DNA of 64,000 nucleotides from Rikenellaceae bacterium. Lineage in GTDB: Bacteria; Bacteroidota; Bacteroidia; Bacteroidales; Rikenellaceae. The notes under the pieces were generated by a model that was given only the letters and a program-made list of their open reading frames with translations, ran no database searches and was not told the origin of the DNA. The number at the start of each line of letters is the position of its first letter. The first letter of the stretch is position 1. This document shows positions 54,508 through 63,988 of this stretch, piece after piece. The stretch is taken from assembly GCA_015059955.1 (NCBI GenBank), contig SUZK01000001.1, positions 204,403 to 268,402 on the forward strand, written 5' to 3'. The position numbers and the translations under genes are program-made.

Positions 54508-55158
54508 AATTGGGTGATTTTATGATGTTGTACTCTTATCGGTATTCTATAATGTTGCGCGCTGTATATGGTCACCCTATGTTGTGATAGGATGACCTTC
54601 GATGTGTGAGATAAATTCTAAGGATATTGCGTAAGCGTGTCAATAGGCAGCCCATCGAAGATATTGAGCAACCTACGCTACGATACGTATAGGCGTCTGG
54701 CCGCCATATATGACGGTCAATACATTTGTGAAATGGGAATATGTCGACGGGATATCGTTTAACTATTTGAGCATCAACAAAATCCCCCCCCCGATAGCTA
54801 CGCTAATAGCGCATGTATAGGTGCGGTGCAAAGTGTTTGTTATGTTCAAATAGCCAGTCATTGCATAAAATGGTGGTGATATATAATCAGACACACTATG
54901 CAAAGGTAACTATTTTTTATGAATAATGTATCATTTTTGATGTTTTTTTGTTGTTTGTACCATACTATATATTAATATTGTAAGTTGTGCGATTTTATCC
55001 ATGCTTGATGCGTGTTGTGTATATATTGTATAATTAGGGGCTATTTTGCTGATAAATATTGTATTTGTGGGGTGGACCATGAACTGTGGGCGATGAGTAT
55101 AAATGCGATAATAAATGCAAGTTAGGTGTGAAAATTTTGCAAATCGATATATTTTGTT

Positions 55159-55166
55159 TACTTTTG
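55159..55166 (+). promoter_or_regulatory. -7 promoter box TACTTTTG for tRNA-Arg
   Basis: Exact TAnnTTTG match 69 nt upstream of the tRNA 5' end. Confidence 0.4.
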
Positions 55167-55234
55167 CACCGCAAAAGCCCATGCAATGATATTCCCGGAT
55201 ATGATTTTGGGGTATTGTAGTTGAGGCGAGTGAT

Positions 55235-55308
55235 GGTTCCGTAGCTCAGTTGGATAGAGCAACAGCCTTCTAAGCTGTGGGTCGTGGGTTCGAACCCCGC
55301 CGGAATCA
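55235..55308 (+). tRNA. tRNA-Arg (anticodon TCT)
   Basis: Cloverleaf GGTTCCG-TA-GCTCAGTTGGATAGAGC-A-ACAGC-CTTCTAA-GCTGT-GGGTC-GTGGGTTCGAACCCCGC-CGGAATC-A. CCA is not encoded. Confidence 0.92.
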
Positions 55309-55318
55309 CTTTTAGACC

Positions 55319-55627
55319 TTATAACACACCCTGTTGTAAGGTTTTTTTTGTGTCCAAATAGGTGTTGTCATATGACGAGTCCATATAATAAGCACTTATC
55401 ATATCGGCAACTATTAAAGGTGAAGCGACACGCCTTAGTTCTACAATCGTGTAAAACTCGTCGTAGTTACACTCTTCTGGAAACGGAGTATAATCTAATA
55501 GTTCTCTATCCTTCGCAAGATTACGCTTCTCACATTCATCCTTGTAACATTTATCTATGATGCGTATTGCTTTGGATACAATTGCAATAATGTTTAGTTG
55601 TGCTATAAACTCTAAATTCTGTTTCAT
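55319..55627 (-). CDS. Hypothetical small protein (weak call)
   Basis: 102-aa ATG ORF in an AT-rich island. Its 3' end overlaps the tRNA-Arg terminator hairpin (ACCTTA..TAAGGT plus T8 at about 55316-55350). No homology recognised. Confidence 0.3.
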   Translation of the reverse strand: MKQNLEFIAQLNIIAIVSKAIRIIDKCYKDECEKRNLAKDRELLDYTPFPEECNYDEFYTIVELRRVASPLIVADMISAYYMDSSYDNTYLDTKKTLQQGVL

Positions 55628-56112
55628 AGTTTTAGTTATTGTTAGGGGTTGTTATCCCTATGCCAAACGCGCTGAACGCTGGCTACAGATTTGTTAGTTC
55701 CAATTTTATGGGTTGATAACACTTGGGGATATATCCCGCGGCCGTGCTGTTTTGGCTATCTTTTATTGTGGCTGCAATCAGTCCAAATCCTTCCACATTG
55801 CAACGGCGAAGTTATGAAGGATTTTGCAAACATACAAGATGTACCCCCGTTAGGGGTACAATGTTCGTGGCGAGAATGATGTAGGAGGGCGATATTTTTT
55901 TTAGGTTTCCTTATTGGTTTCGATAAATCGATATCGCAATTAGCAGTAAAATGCGAAGTTATACTTTCGAGGCGGCATCATATGCCCTATATCAACCGAA
56001 CACACCATCAACCCTTGAATAACAATTTGCCACAACAATATATACTTTAGTATATAGCTTAATTGACTGGAGATTAGTGTGTAAATTCTTTGGAAGTAGC
56101 GTACCAAATCAC

Positions 56113-56120
56113 TATCTTTG
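56113..56120 (+). promoter_or_regulatory. -7 promoter box TATCTTTG upstream of the candidate ncRNA/leader
   Basis: Exact TAnnTTTG match in an otherwise gene-free stretch. Confidence 0.45.
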
Positions 56121-56126
56121 CACTCC

Positions 56127-56387
56127 CGATGTGGGATAAAACAGAAACTAAAATGCAGCAGAATAGAATGCACATATTGCTTACGACTATTGGTCGAGTT
56201 CAGGGCGCAAAACGCTTTGAAGGTGTTCTGTGTGCGCCTATTTCAAGCGTTGAAACCGCAGATTCTATCGGGAATACTATCCAACTGAAACATACTCGAA
56301 CACGGATATAATAGATGCAGATATCCGAGTTACGAGAATATATAAGAATCGTTGGAAAGTTCCTCACTTTTCAACGATTTTTGTTTA
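56127..56387 (+). ncRNA. Candidate structured ncRNA, leader or small-protein transcript (about 260 nt)
   Basis: It is bounded by the -7 box at 56113-56120 and a strong terminator (56347-56387: AATCGTTGGAAAGT-tcctc-ACTTTTCAACGATT, then TTTGTTT). Internal stems are ATAGAAT/ATTCTAT, GGCGCA/TGCGCC and CGGATAT/ATATCCG. The only ORF is an unsupported one of 52-73 aa. Confidence 0.35.
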
Positions 56388-56484
56388 TGCCCATTGGTGA
56401 TGCCAAACCTCTCCATCAATTCCGTCCAGTGGCAATAACAAACTTTATTATTAACAACGCAGTGATGCGGTAAACAATGAAATT

Positions 56485-57072
56485 ATGAATTACAAATTTG
56501 ATGGAGATAGGGTGTTCTTTACATCCGACACTCACTTCTACCACGCCAATATTATCAACTTCTGTGGTAGGCCATTTAAGAATGTGGATGTTATGAACGA
56601 AACACTCATAACCAACTGGAATAGCGTAGTCGGTCTGGACGATATTGTGTTTCATCTCGGCGACTTCTGTTTAGGAGGATCAGCAGAGTGGACCAATATC
56701 CTTAATAGGCTTAATGGTAAGATTTATCTGATTGTTGGAAACCACGACATCAAGAATTTGAGGCAAGGATATTATAGTCGCTTTGAGCATATAGCGATGC
56801 AGATGCATATCGAGGTTGGAAAGCAGAAGATATATCTCAACCACTGCCCCTTCTTGTGTTATGGTGGGGCATATCGAGATACTTGGCAACTATTCGGTCA
56901 TGTGCACACCAGCAAACAAAACACCAGCATAGATGCTCCACGACTGAACATGCTATTCCCGACACAATATGATGTTGGAGTGGATAATAACAACTTTACA
57001 CCTGTCTCATTTGAACAGGTAAAGAGGATAATAGAAAGACAAGTAGAACAATATGAAAAGATAAGAAAATAG
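56485..57072 (+). CDS. Metallophosphoesterase (calcineurin-like, small phage-type)
   Basis: 195 aa with the motifs FTSDTHFYH, HLGDF, VGNHD and GHVH in canonical MPE order. Confidence 0.8.
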   Translation: MNYKFDGDRVFFTSDTHFYHANIINFCGRPFKNVDVMNETLITNWNSVVGLDDIVFHLGDFCLGGSAEWTNILNRLNGKIYLIVGNHDIKNLRQGYYSRFEHIAMQMHIEVGKQKIYLNHCPFLCYGGAYRDTWQLFGHVHTSKQNTSIDAPRLNMLFPTQYDVGVDNNNFTPVSFEQVKRIIERQVEQYEKIRK

Positions 57073-57085
57073 GGAGGATTGTTTT

Positions 57086-57850
57086 ATGAAAATACAATTT
57101 GCATCTGATATACATTTGGAGTTGTCGGATAATTCGAGATTTATAAAGAGTGAACCGTTTGAGGTTACTGGCGATGTGTTGGTCTTTGCTGGCGATACTG
57201 GTTACCTACGAGATAGGACTTTACCAAATTTGAAATTCTGGAAGTGGGCTTCGGCAAACTACCGAGAGGTGTTGTTGGTGCCCGGTAACCACGAGTTTTA
57301 TGGCAATGGCGATGTGTTAGCTTATGGCGACAGTTGGAGCCGTAAGATATTGCCAAATGTGCATTACCACCAGAACAAGGTTGTGAGAATTGACGATGTT
57401 GATTTTATTCTCTCAACCCTTTGGTCGCACATTCGCCCCGCGGACGAATATTTTGTGCATCGAGGAATGAATGACTTTCGGCAGATTCTGTACAATGGTC
57501 GGCGCTTTACCCCTGCCGACTTTAACGCCGAGCACGAGAAATGTCTGGACTTTATCAAGCGTAGCGTGGCGGAGAGCACTGCCGAGCGTATCGTGGTTGT
57601 AACACATCATCTGCCGACAATGGCAGTCGTTGCGCCAGAGCATAAGGGCAACTTGCTAAATAGCGCCTTTGCAACGGAGTTAGGCGACTTTATTGCTGAT
57701 AGCCGTATTGATGCGTGGATTTTTGGACACTCGCACGCCAACATAGATGCAACAATTAACAACACTCGCATTGTCTGCAACCAACTCGGCTATGTTTACT
57801 ATCGAGAGAATCTCGGCGGTTTTGACGGCGGGAAGTTTATAGAGGTGTAG
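57086..57850 (+). CDS. Metallophosphoesterase (second, different subfamily)
   Basis: 254 aa with the motifs FASDIHLE, FAGDTGY, PGNHEFY, VVTHHLP and GHSHAN. It lies 13 nt after the first MPE gene. Confidence 0.8.
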   Translation: MKIQFASDIHLELSDNSRFIKSEPFEVTGDVLVFAGDTGYLRDRTLPNLKFWKWASANYREVLLVPGNHEFYGNGDVLAYGDSWSRKILPNVHYHQNKVVRIDDVDFILSTLWSHIRPADEYFVHRGMNDFRQILYNGRRFTPADFNAEHEKCLDFIKRSVAESTAERIVVVTHHLPTMAVVAPEHKGNLLNSAFATELGDFIADSRIDAWIFGHSHANIDATINNTRIVCNQLGYVYYRENLGGFDGGKFIEV

Positions 57851-57862
57851 ACTATATGCCTC

Positions 57863-57909
57863 GATACTCTGCGAAAGTCTGAAAATAAATTCAACTTTCG
57901 CAGAGTATC
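57863..57909 (+). terminator. Terminator-like 16-bp perfect hairpin after the MPE pair
   Basis: GATACTCTGCGAAAGT, a 15-nt loop, then ACTTTCGCAGAGTATC, followed by AATACTTTTTGG. Confidence 0.6.
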
Positions 57910-57964
57910 AATACTTTTTGGCTCGCAATTTGTTTTTATAAACAAAAATGTTTATTTTTGCGGT

Positions 57965-58474
57965 ATGAATAGAATGATTGAAATACTCAAGGGATTGCAC
58001 CCAGGTCTTTTCTTGCAGCGAGAGTTGGGTAATAGAAAGCTCAAAAGTGGGCAGTTTGCCGAGTCTATTGGCGAACATCCACAGACTTTGAGTGCCATTA
58101 TTCGTGGGCGTAGGTCAATGAATACACCTCTATCCCTTCGTATAGAGCAGGCTCTCGGTTTGGAGGAAGGATTCTTAATGACCTTACAGGTATACTACGA
58201 CATTGCAGAGGAGAAGCGTAAACAATCAGCTAATCATCTCCCCGACCTCACTAAATTCCGTAGCACGATATTTTGGGATACAAAGATTGAAAATATTGAC
58301 TTTACTGCACATAGCCGATATGTAATCAATCGTGTGTTTGAGCGAGGAAATGAGGAGGAGATAAAAGAGATTATTCGTTTCTATGGCAGAGATACTATTC
58401 TGAAGAATCTCAACCGCAATGGTAATCCTTTAATGCGACACCAGCTCGAAGCGAATATAGAGAAGTATCTGTAA
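57965..58474 (+). CDS. HigA/VapI-like XRE-family HTH protein with C-terminal extension (no cognate toxin gene adjacent)
   Basis: 169 aa. LHPGLFLQRELGNRKLKSGQFAESIGEHPQTLSAIIRGRRSMNTPLSLRIEQALG matches the HigA antidote HTH pattern. Confidence 0.7.
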   Translation: MNRMIEILKGLHPGLFLQRELGNRKLKSGQFAESIGEHPQTLSAIIRGRRSMNTPLSLRIEQALGLEEGFLMTLQVYYDIAEEKRKQSANHLPDLTKFRSTIFWDTKIENIDFTAHSRYVINRVFERGNEEEIKEIIRFYGRDTILKNLNRNGNPLMRHQLEANIEKYL

Positions 58475-58496
58475 CAGAGCTGGAGTTGTCCTATAA

Positions 58497-58536
58497 CTAA
58501 GAATCGGCAATAATTGGGTTTATTGCCGATTCTTAG
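58497..58536. terminator. Bidirectional terminator-like 17-bp perfect hairpin
   Basis: CTAAGAATCGGCAATAA-ttgggt-TTATTGCCGATTCTTAG sits between convergent genes. Confidence 0.65.
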
Positions 58537-58566
58537 TTGTTGTAAAGTCGTTTCGTCCAAGAGAAA

Positions 58567-59982
58567 TTATGCAAACAAGTCGTCTAATTTGACCTCATTT
58601 TGCACTATTCCGGAATGCACATTGGTCTTAATTCCAAATGTGGTCACCATTGTCAGATGCACAGCCTTTCGGGTATTGGTTGCATCTATAAATGCAGACT
58701 TTTTATTTCTCAACTTTTGTTCGTACTCGGCATCGATGGCATACTCCGATAAAGAGTACTTCATCTCACACAAATTGATAACCTGATCTTTTCTATCGAT
58801 AAGCAAATCAATTTGTGCCCCACCACTCGTCTCATCAGCCTCTTTACGCCACGAATATACATTACTCAACACGCCCGCAATGCCCAATGCAGCCTTTATC
58901 TGCTGCGTGTGAGCCATACATAAACGCTCGAAAGCCAAACCACTCCAAGCACGATGCACTGCCGAGTCTATGGACGCTGACCAGAAATGCTCATCGTTAT
59001 TCTCATTTTGCTGGATAAACTTAAAGTAAAAAAGCGTGTAGTTATCAATAAGCTGATAAATAGCCTGCTTGCTTTTCTTGTCAAAACCGTTATACTTACG
59101 GATAAATCCACAATACTCGAGTTCGTCCAGAACCTTGCTTAATGCACCGTTGCTATACTTATCGGTGGCTGCTATTATTTCCTCTCTGGTCATACCAGCC
59201 TTCTTCTTGCCCAAAGCAGTTACTATATCTATATACTGCTCTGGCGATTTGAATAGCGAAGCATAGAGTTGATTAAACTCGTTTGATAGTTTACCATTCT
59301 TGGCAAAGATAATCTTGTCTATATTTTGAGCGAGGCTCAATCCCTTTTCCAACAGACTCCAATAGTATGGAATACCTCCCAATACCATATAACACTCTGC
59401 GAGTTGATAGCGACTCATTTCAAGTCCCTTGCTTTTGGCAAACATCTCACACTCCTTCAGAGTGAATGGTTGCAGGGCTATCTGCTTGGTAACTCGATTG
59501 TGAAGACCTCCGTGATCATTAATCACCTTATTGATGATCCAAGATGTCGCAGAGCCGCAGATAATTAAAACGATGTCTTTGCGTGCTGATGCCCAACCAT
59601 TCCAAAAGTGCTCAAAAGCAGAGATAAAATTGGAGCGAGGGGTATCCATCCAGGGAAGCTCATCCAAGAATACAATCTTCTTCTCGTCTGTTGAGTTCTT
59701 CAAATATGCCGAAAGCAGACTAAACGCCTCCAACCACGATTTCGGTATAGGGCAGTCATCATATCCAGCATCACGAAGTGATATGGCAAAACTGAATAGC
59801 TGCTCTTTGGTATTACCCTTTGCTAAACCAGTGTGTTGGAATGTAAACTTGTAGCCGAAAGTTTCGCGAATAAGATATGTCTTGCCCACACGCCTACGAC
59901 CATACACCGCAACAAACTCTGAGTTCTCCGATTGAACTGCAGAATGCAATATCTGCTGTTCTTCTTTTCTACCGATTATCAT
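58567..59982 (-). CDS. AAA-type ATPase with C-terminal DUF234-like domain
   Basis: 471 aa with Walker A VYGRRRVGKTYL and Walker B IVFLDELPWM. The layout matches archaeal-type ATPase plus DUF234 proteins. Confidence 0.75.
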   Translation of the reverse strand: MIIGRKEEQQILHSAVQSENSEFVAVYGRRRVGKTYLIRETFGYKFTFQHTGLAKGNTKEQLFSFAISLRDAGYDDCPIPKSWLEAFSLLSAYLKNSTDEKKIVFLDELPWMDTPRSNFISAFEHFWNGWASARKDIVLIICGSATSWIINKVINDHGGLHNRVTKQIALQPFTLKECEMFAKSKGLEMSRYQLAECYMVLGGIPYYWSLLEKGLSLAQNIDKIIFAKNGKLSNEFNQLYASLFKSPEQYIDIVTALGKKKAGMTREEIIAATDKYSNGALSKVLDELEYCGFIRKYNGFDKKSKQAIYQLIDNYTLFYFKFIQQNENNDEHFWSASIDSAVHRAWSGLAFERLCMAHTQQIKAALGIAGVLSNVYSWRKEADETSGGAQIDLLIDRKDQVINLCEMKYSLSEYAIDAEYEQKLRNKKSAFIDATNTRKAVHLTMVTTFGIKTNVHSGIVQNEVKLDDLFA

Positions 59983-60133
59983 AACTTTTACTTTTAGCTA
60001 CTGCAAATATAATACAAAAATCTATTATAATTTGCCAAATCGCATTAAAAAATCGAGATTTGGTAAAATATGAGTAAAAATTGCAGCGAAAATCATTGTT
60101 TTCCTTCAAAACCAGGACTATTATAGAGGTCCT

Positions 60134-60306
60134 AAATATGGTAGATTTCACACAATTCGTATGGTCTGCAAGTGAAATTTTCACATTATCCCCATATGTT
60201 GTATATCGCTTCCCCAAATAGCACGACACTGTCATGCAAATTGAATTGGAGACACTATGTTGAAATCATCAAGGGCGATATCCCTTTAGAGGCTGGTTTT
60301 TACGTA
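60134..60306 (+). pseudogene. Fragment of a DUF1016/YhcG-family (PDDEXK nuclease) gene
   Basis: KYGRFHTIRM.. (frame 1), then after a frameshift MKFSHYP...LSCKLNWRHYVEIIKGDIPLEAGFY. This resembles the YhcG N-terminal motif (..GfS..NL..Mr.FY..YP....LsWsHY.eLlk..d.l.r.FY). The rest of the gene is absent. Confidence 0.3.
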
Positions 60307-60865
60307 ATATTGATTAAGTCTTGTTTGTGCATTTTATTTCCGAAGTACATTGTAAATGCTGCATTTCGGGAACAAAACAATATTCCATACTTTCTCGGAC
60401 AACTTATATATGTAGCTTTAGACCAATGTATTATCCCCGCATCTTCCGATGTGGCACAACACATACGCTTATTATCAACGAGTTGTGAATTTTAGGCTAA
60501 AATAGGACAAATAATTGCGCCTTGCTTATACAGCAAATGCACACTTCTCTGATTCCCTGCTTGGTGCCCTAATAAAATTGTGTTAAAAAGTGGATAAATA
60601 AAGATCCCCTATTTGAGGCATTTTTGCTCACTAGGGGCTATAAATTACTTTCTTATTTGGGAAAGTGCAGATGGTATTTCAAAGTGCCATTTGACTATGT
60701 TTCTTTATCACAAAAACACAAGTCAAAATGCCACAAAAAAGCAAGATAGAACTAATTGAGTTAATAGGATAAAAAAACAACTCGTGAGGTTCGCTCACGA
60801 GTTGCTGACTTTAACCTGTTTTATTCCAAAGTGTTATTTTATATCTTTAGATTTTTTACTCAATA

Positions 60866-61972
60866 TTATAGTTCGGGAGGCAAATAAAATTGCGTAGGAT
60901 TTGTTATTGTGAAAACATTATTGTTAATATGAGTAACTTTTGTATGATTGGTTGAATACAAAGAGTCCAAACTACTCTTAATTTGTTCTGCATTTGGATC
61001 TTGTATATAGATTCTTTTTAAGTTTGGCATTTTTGCAAAGATATTTCTATCAACCTCTCTGTTAAAGAATGGAAATGTGTATCCAATTACTACTAGAGTC
61101 TCGGCATCTTGAATTGCTGTTTGTAATGCATCATCAAAGTTTTTAGACATATACTTTCCATTATCCCATGCAAACGAGATACGACTATTAGAAACATCTT
61201 CATTATATCCTTTTATGTATTCGTCTAATAATTCTGTTAGTAAGACTTCATCAAGTTGTTTATGTCTATTTAGGTCTATATGAGACATGAAGTTTGCAGT
61301 GCCATTAAGCTTGAATATTTGATTACGAGTGTCGTATGATTGGTCCTTCAAATCAGCAATCCCCAACTTTCTTCTAATGCCAATTGAATCTTTTTGCTCT
61401 CCATACTCTTTGTACGCTATCTCAAATTGACTATCGTAGTTCCATGTTAGAATAGTAATCCTATCATCTATATTCAGTTGAGTATTGAGTACAGATGCTA
61501 AGAATGTGTCATAGCGACCATCTATTTTATTGATAGCTTGTTCTATTATAAAATATATTGACAATAGAGACTCAACCTTGTTAAAATTCTTTAATTGACC
61601 TTTGAGAAATAATTTCTTGGCAAAAGTGTCTATGGTGGCATGGCTCTCACTAGCAGTTTTTAGCCATGTTAAATCTTGCACTAACATTTTCTTGGCTGTA
61701 TCAAATCCGGTGCCTCCATTTGATCCTAATGGGAATATCTGATTTCTAACCTTGCTAGAGCAGGGACAATTTGTAATTTTATCAATAATAAAAGCTAATC
61801 GTCCTGGTATCTCTGTAACTAGAGGTAGTCCTTCTGTAATATTTGCGTATTTACCAATAATATTACTACCACCTAAGACATCCTGTTTGCTGCGAAGATC
61901 TTTTATCGGAGTCTTTTCATCTCTTTTCCCATAGCTAGCACCGGCTCCGAGTAAATATACAATTTTTGCCAT
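60866..61972 (-). CDS. SIR2-like (SIR2_2-type) domain protein with Asn at the usual catalytic His position
   Basis: 368 aa and very AT-rich. Motifs occur in SIR2_2 order: VYLLGAGASYG (NAD-binding Gly-rich loop), ILTWNYD, FKLNGT (usually KLHGS; the Asn223 codon is 61304-61306) and LVVIGYTFPFFNREVD. Confidence 0.5.
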   Translation of the reverse strand: MAKIVYLLGAGASYGKRDEKTPIKDLRSKQDVLGGSNIIGKYANITEGLPLVTEIPGRLAFIIDKITNCPCSSKVRNQIFPLGSNGGTGFDTAKKMLVQDLTWLKTASESHATIDTFAKKLFLKGQLKNFNKVESLLSIYFIIEQAINKIDGRYDTFLASVLNTQLNIDDRITILTWNYDSQFEIAYKEYGEQKDSIGIRRKLGIADLKDQSYDTRNQIFKLNGTANFMSHIDLNRHKQLDEVLLTELLDEYIKGYNEDVSNSRISFAWDNGKYMSKNFDDALQTAIQDAETLVVIGYTFPFFNREVDRNIFAKMPNLKRIYIQDPNAEQIKSSLDSLYSTNHTKVTHINNNVFTITNPTQFYLPPEL

Positions 61973-62003
61973 AACACTACTGTAATATTAAGTAAAATTG
62001 CTT

Positions 62004-63074
62004 CTATATTTCGCACTTGACTACCCACTTGCCATTGCGCTTGCCGTTCTCTCTTTCGAGTATGCCTCGTTCAATCAGTGCAGGGGTCATACGCTTGACC
62101 GTTCTCTCAGATTTGCCGATATGCTTTGCAATCTCAATCTGGGTTGCGTTAGGGTTTTCTTTTACAAATCGCAAAAGTGCCAACTCGTCAAGATTACAAT
62201 TCAAAGTGCCATCCAAAGTGCCATTTTGGCTCTTTGAAACTTCTGCTGTGGCACTTTGGGGCTCTCCTGCCAACATTGTACGGTTACTCAACTTGTTTTG
62301 CTCGCCGAACAGAAGGTTTCTGAAAAACAGTTCGAGGTACTCGGATGTTGCAAAAATTCGCTTCGGAATATTGTTGTAGTTTGCCCTCACGAGCGCATTT
62401 CTGAAATACCACGAATTATCCTTGAATACATCATTATCTACACTAAATCCGAATGTTTGCAACCACTTCATCGTAAACACGGCAGTAGTGCGGGTATTGC
62501 CCTCGCGGAAAGGATGTATCTGCCAAATACCAGACACAAACTTGCAGATCTGCTTAACCGCCATATTAGCACTGAGCACCGAATAATCGGTCTTTTTCTC
62601 CTGCTCAAAGTCGTATTCGAGAGTCTCACGTAGCATATCGTAGTTCGAATAGAGCACCGTGTCGCCATTCAATACCCACTCCTTCTTTGTGATATTTACA
62701 TCACGCAACTGGCCCGCGTGCTTGTAGATACCCTCGAACAATCGACGGTGAATTCTCAGCAGATAATCGGGCGTGAACGAGAACGACTGCTCGGACAAAA
62801 TCTCGGTTATGCGTGCCGAAACTTTGTCTGCCTCCTCCGTGCGTTCGTCATCAAGTTGCTCGCGAACATCTTTGGTCTGATAGTAGGTGTCGAGCATATC
62901 CTTGACCTGGTCGATAGTGATATCGCCCTCAATATGCTGCACCGCAGTCTTGATGAGATACTCCGACGGTTTCAACCCATCGACATCTTGAAGACCTATC
63001 GCCGTCTGCCACGCATTGGCTTTCACCTTCTTGTCCGGCTCACCTTGAACTATATATTTATCAAATTCGCTCAT
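62004..63074 (-). CDS. Fic/DOC family protein with C-terminal winged-helix domain
   Basis: 356 aa. The Fic motif HPFREGNTRTTA deviates from canonical HxFx(D/E)GNGRxxR at two positions. The C-terminus is LLRFVKENPNATQIEIAKHIGKSERTVKRMTPALIERGIL. Confidence 0.85.
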   Translation of the reverse strand: MSEFDKYIVQGEPDKKVKANAWQTAIGLQDVDGLKPSEYLIKTAVQHIEGDITIDQVKDMLDTYYQTKDVREQLDDERTEEADKVSARITEILSEQSFSFTPDYLLRIHRRLFEGIYKHAGQLRDVNITKKEWVLNGDTVLYSNYDMLRETLEYDFEQEKKTDYSVLSANMAVKQICKFVSGIWQIHPFREGNTRTTAVFTMKWLQTFGFSVDNDVFKDNSWYFRNALVRANYNNIPKRIFATSEYLELFFRNLLFGEQNKLSNRTMLAGEPQSATAEVSKSQNGTLDGTLNCNLDELALLRFVKENPNATQIEIAKHIGKSERTVKRMTPALIERGILERENGKRNGKWVVKCEI

Positions 63075-63232
63075 ATTGCAAAGTTAGTAAATTTTCTCAT
63101 TCGCTCATCCCAAACAGCTTGCATCTCACGGTCATTATAAAATCGAATGGATATTTTGGTTATATAATCATGCAATTTACTTTGTTATAAGCTTATGACA
63201 GCAGATTGTTCATTCTTACTAAGTCGCTTTAA

Positions 63233-63988
63233 TTAGTACTTATCTTCTAATATTCCAATAAAATTAATGAGTGAAATTGTGGCTGATGTAACTAACATCA
63301 TATCCCGCTTTGAAGCCGTTCGCTTATGCGTCAGCATATTGGCTAGCTTGTTTGCTGTTTTAGCATATGCACGCATTTCTTCATGCGATGTTCCTGCCAA
63401 TTTAACAGACAAATAATTGCTAATCATTCTTACTGCATCAGTTTTGCTAATAGCTACTCCTGCTTCATCTAATTGGCCATGTATAGTTGGGTTGTACACA
63501 GCTTGTGCAAGAGAGATAATTGTTTCTCTACACAAAAGTCCGACACCTTGGAAATCCTCCTCATTGCGCGCTGACATGGAATCTTTTTTGATCTTTATGA
63601 TAGTTCTATCTATCCTCTCCCACTCGCTTAGTTCAACCAATGTATCCATGTTCTGTGATGCCTCTACTTCTTCAAAATATGCAAATGTTGGAGAAAAGAG
63701 CTCATGAATATAAGCTCTACGTTCTTGCCAAGTTGGGAAATCAGCTTTCCATTTTCCATACCAATCCCATAATTTTACATAGGTGTTATTGTAGGTCAAA
63801 TTTAGCTTTTTGCAATTTGTTACAATATCATTCTGAAGTTTTTGATATCTATCATTTTCATCTTGAATACGGCTTCCACCAGTAGCAACAGATATCATTA
63901 TATTTCTTACTGTTTCGATACTTTGCTTTAGCATACTTTTTCCAGACTCACCACCTATAACTTCCCAATCAATATCTGCTCTACTCAA
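63233..63988 (-). CDS. Hypothetical protein, possibly 5'-incomplete
   Basis: At least 251 aa. The listed start at 63988 is a TTG and the frame stays open to position 64000, so the true start may lie outside the window. The next in-frame ATG is at 63934. No family recognised with confidence. Confidence 0.5.
   Translation of the reverse strand: MSRADIDWEVIGGESGKSMLKQSIETVRNIMISVATGGSRIQDENDRYQKLQNDIVTNCKKLNLTYNNTYVKLWDWYGKWKADFPTWQERRAYIHELFSPTFAYFEEVEASQNMDTLVELSEWERIDRTIIKIKKDSMSARNEEDFQGVGLLCRETIISLAQAVYNPTIHGQLDEAGVAISKTDAVRMISNYLSVKLAGTSHEEMRAYAKTANKLANMLTHKRTASKRDMMLVTSATISLINFIGILEDKY

Noticed and set aside
55034-55309. 91-aa minus-strand ORF (MIPAGFEPTTHSLEGCCSIQLSYGTI...)
   Set aside because: Its N-terminus is the reverse translation of tRNA-Arg, a classic tRNA-antisense artefact.
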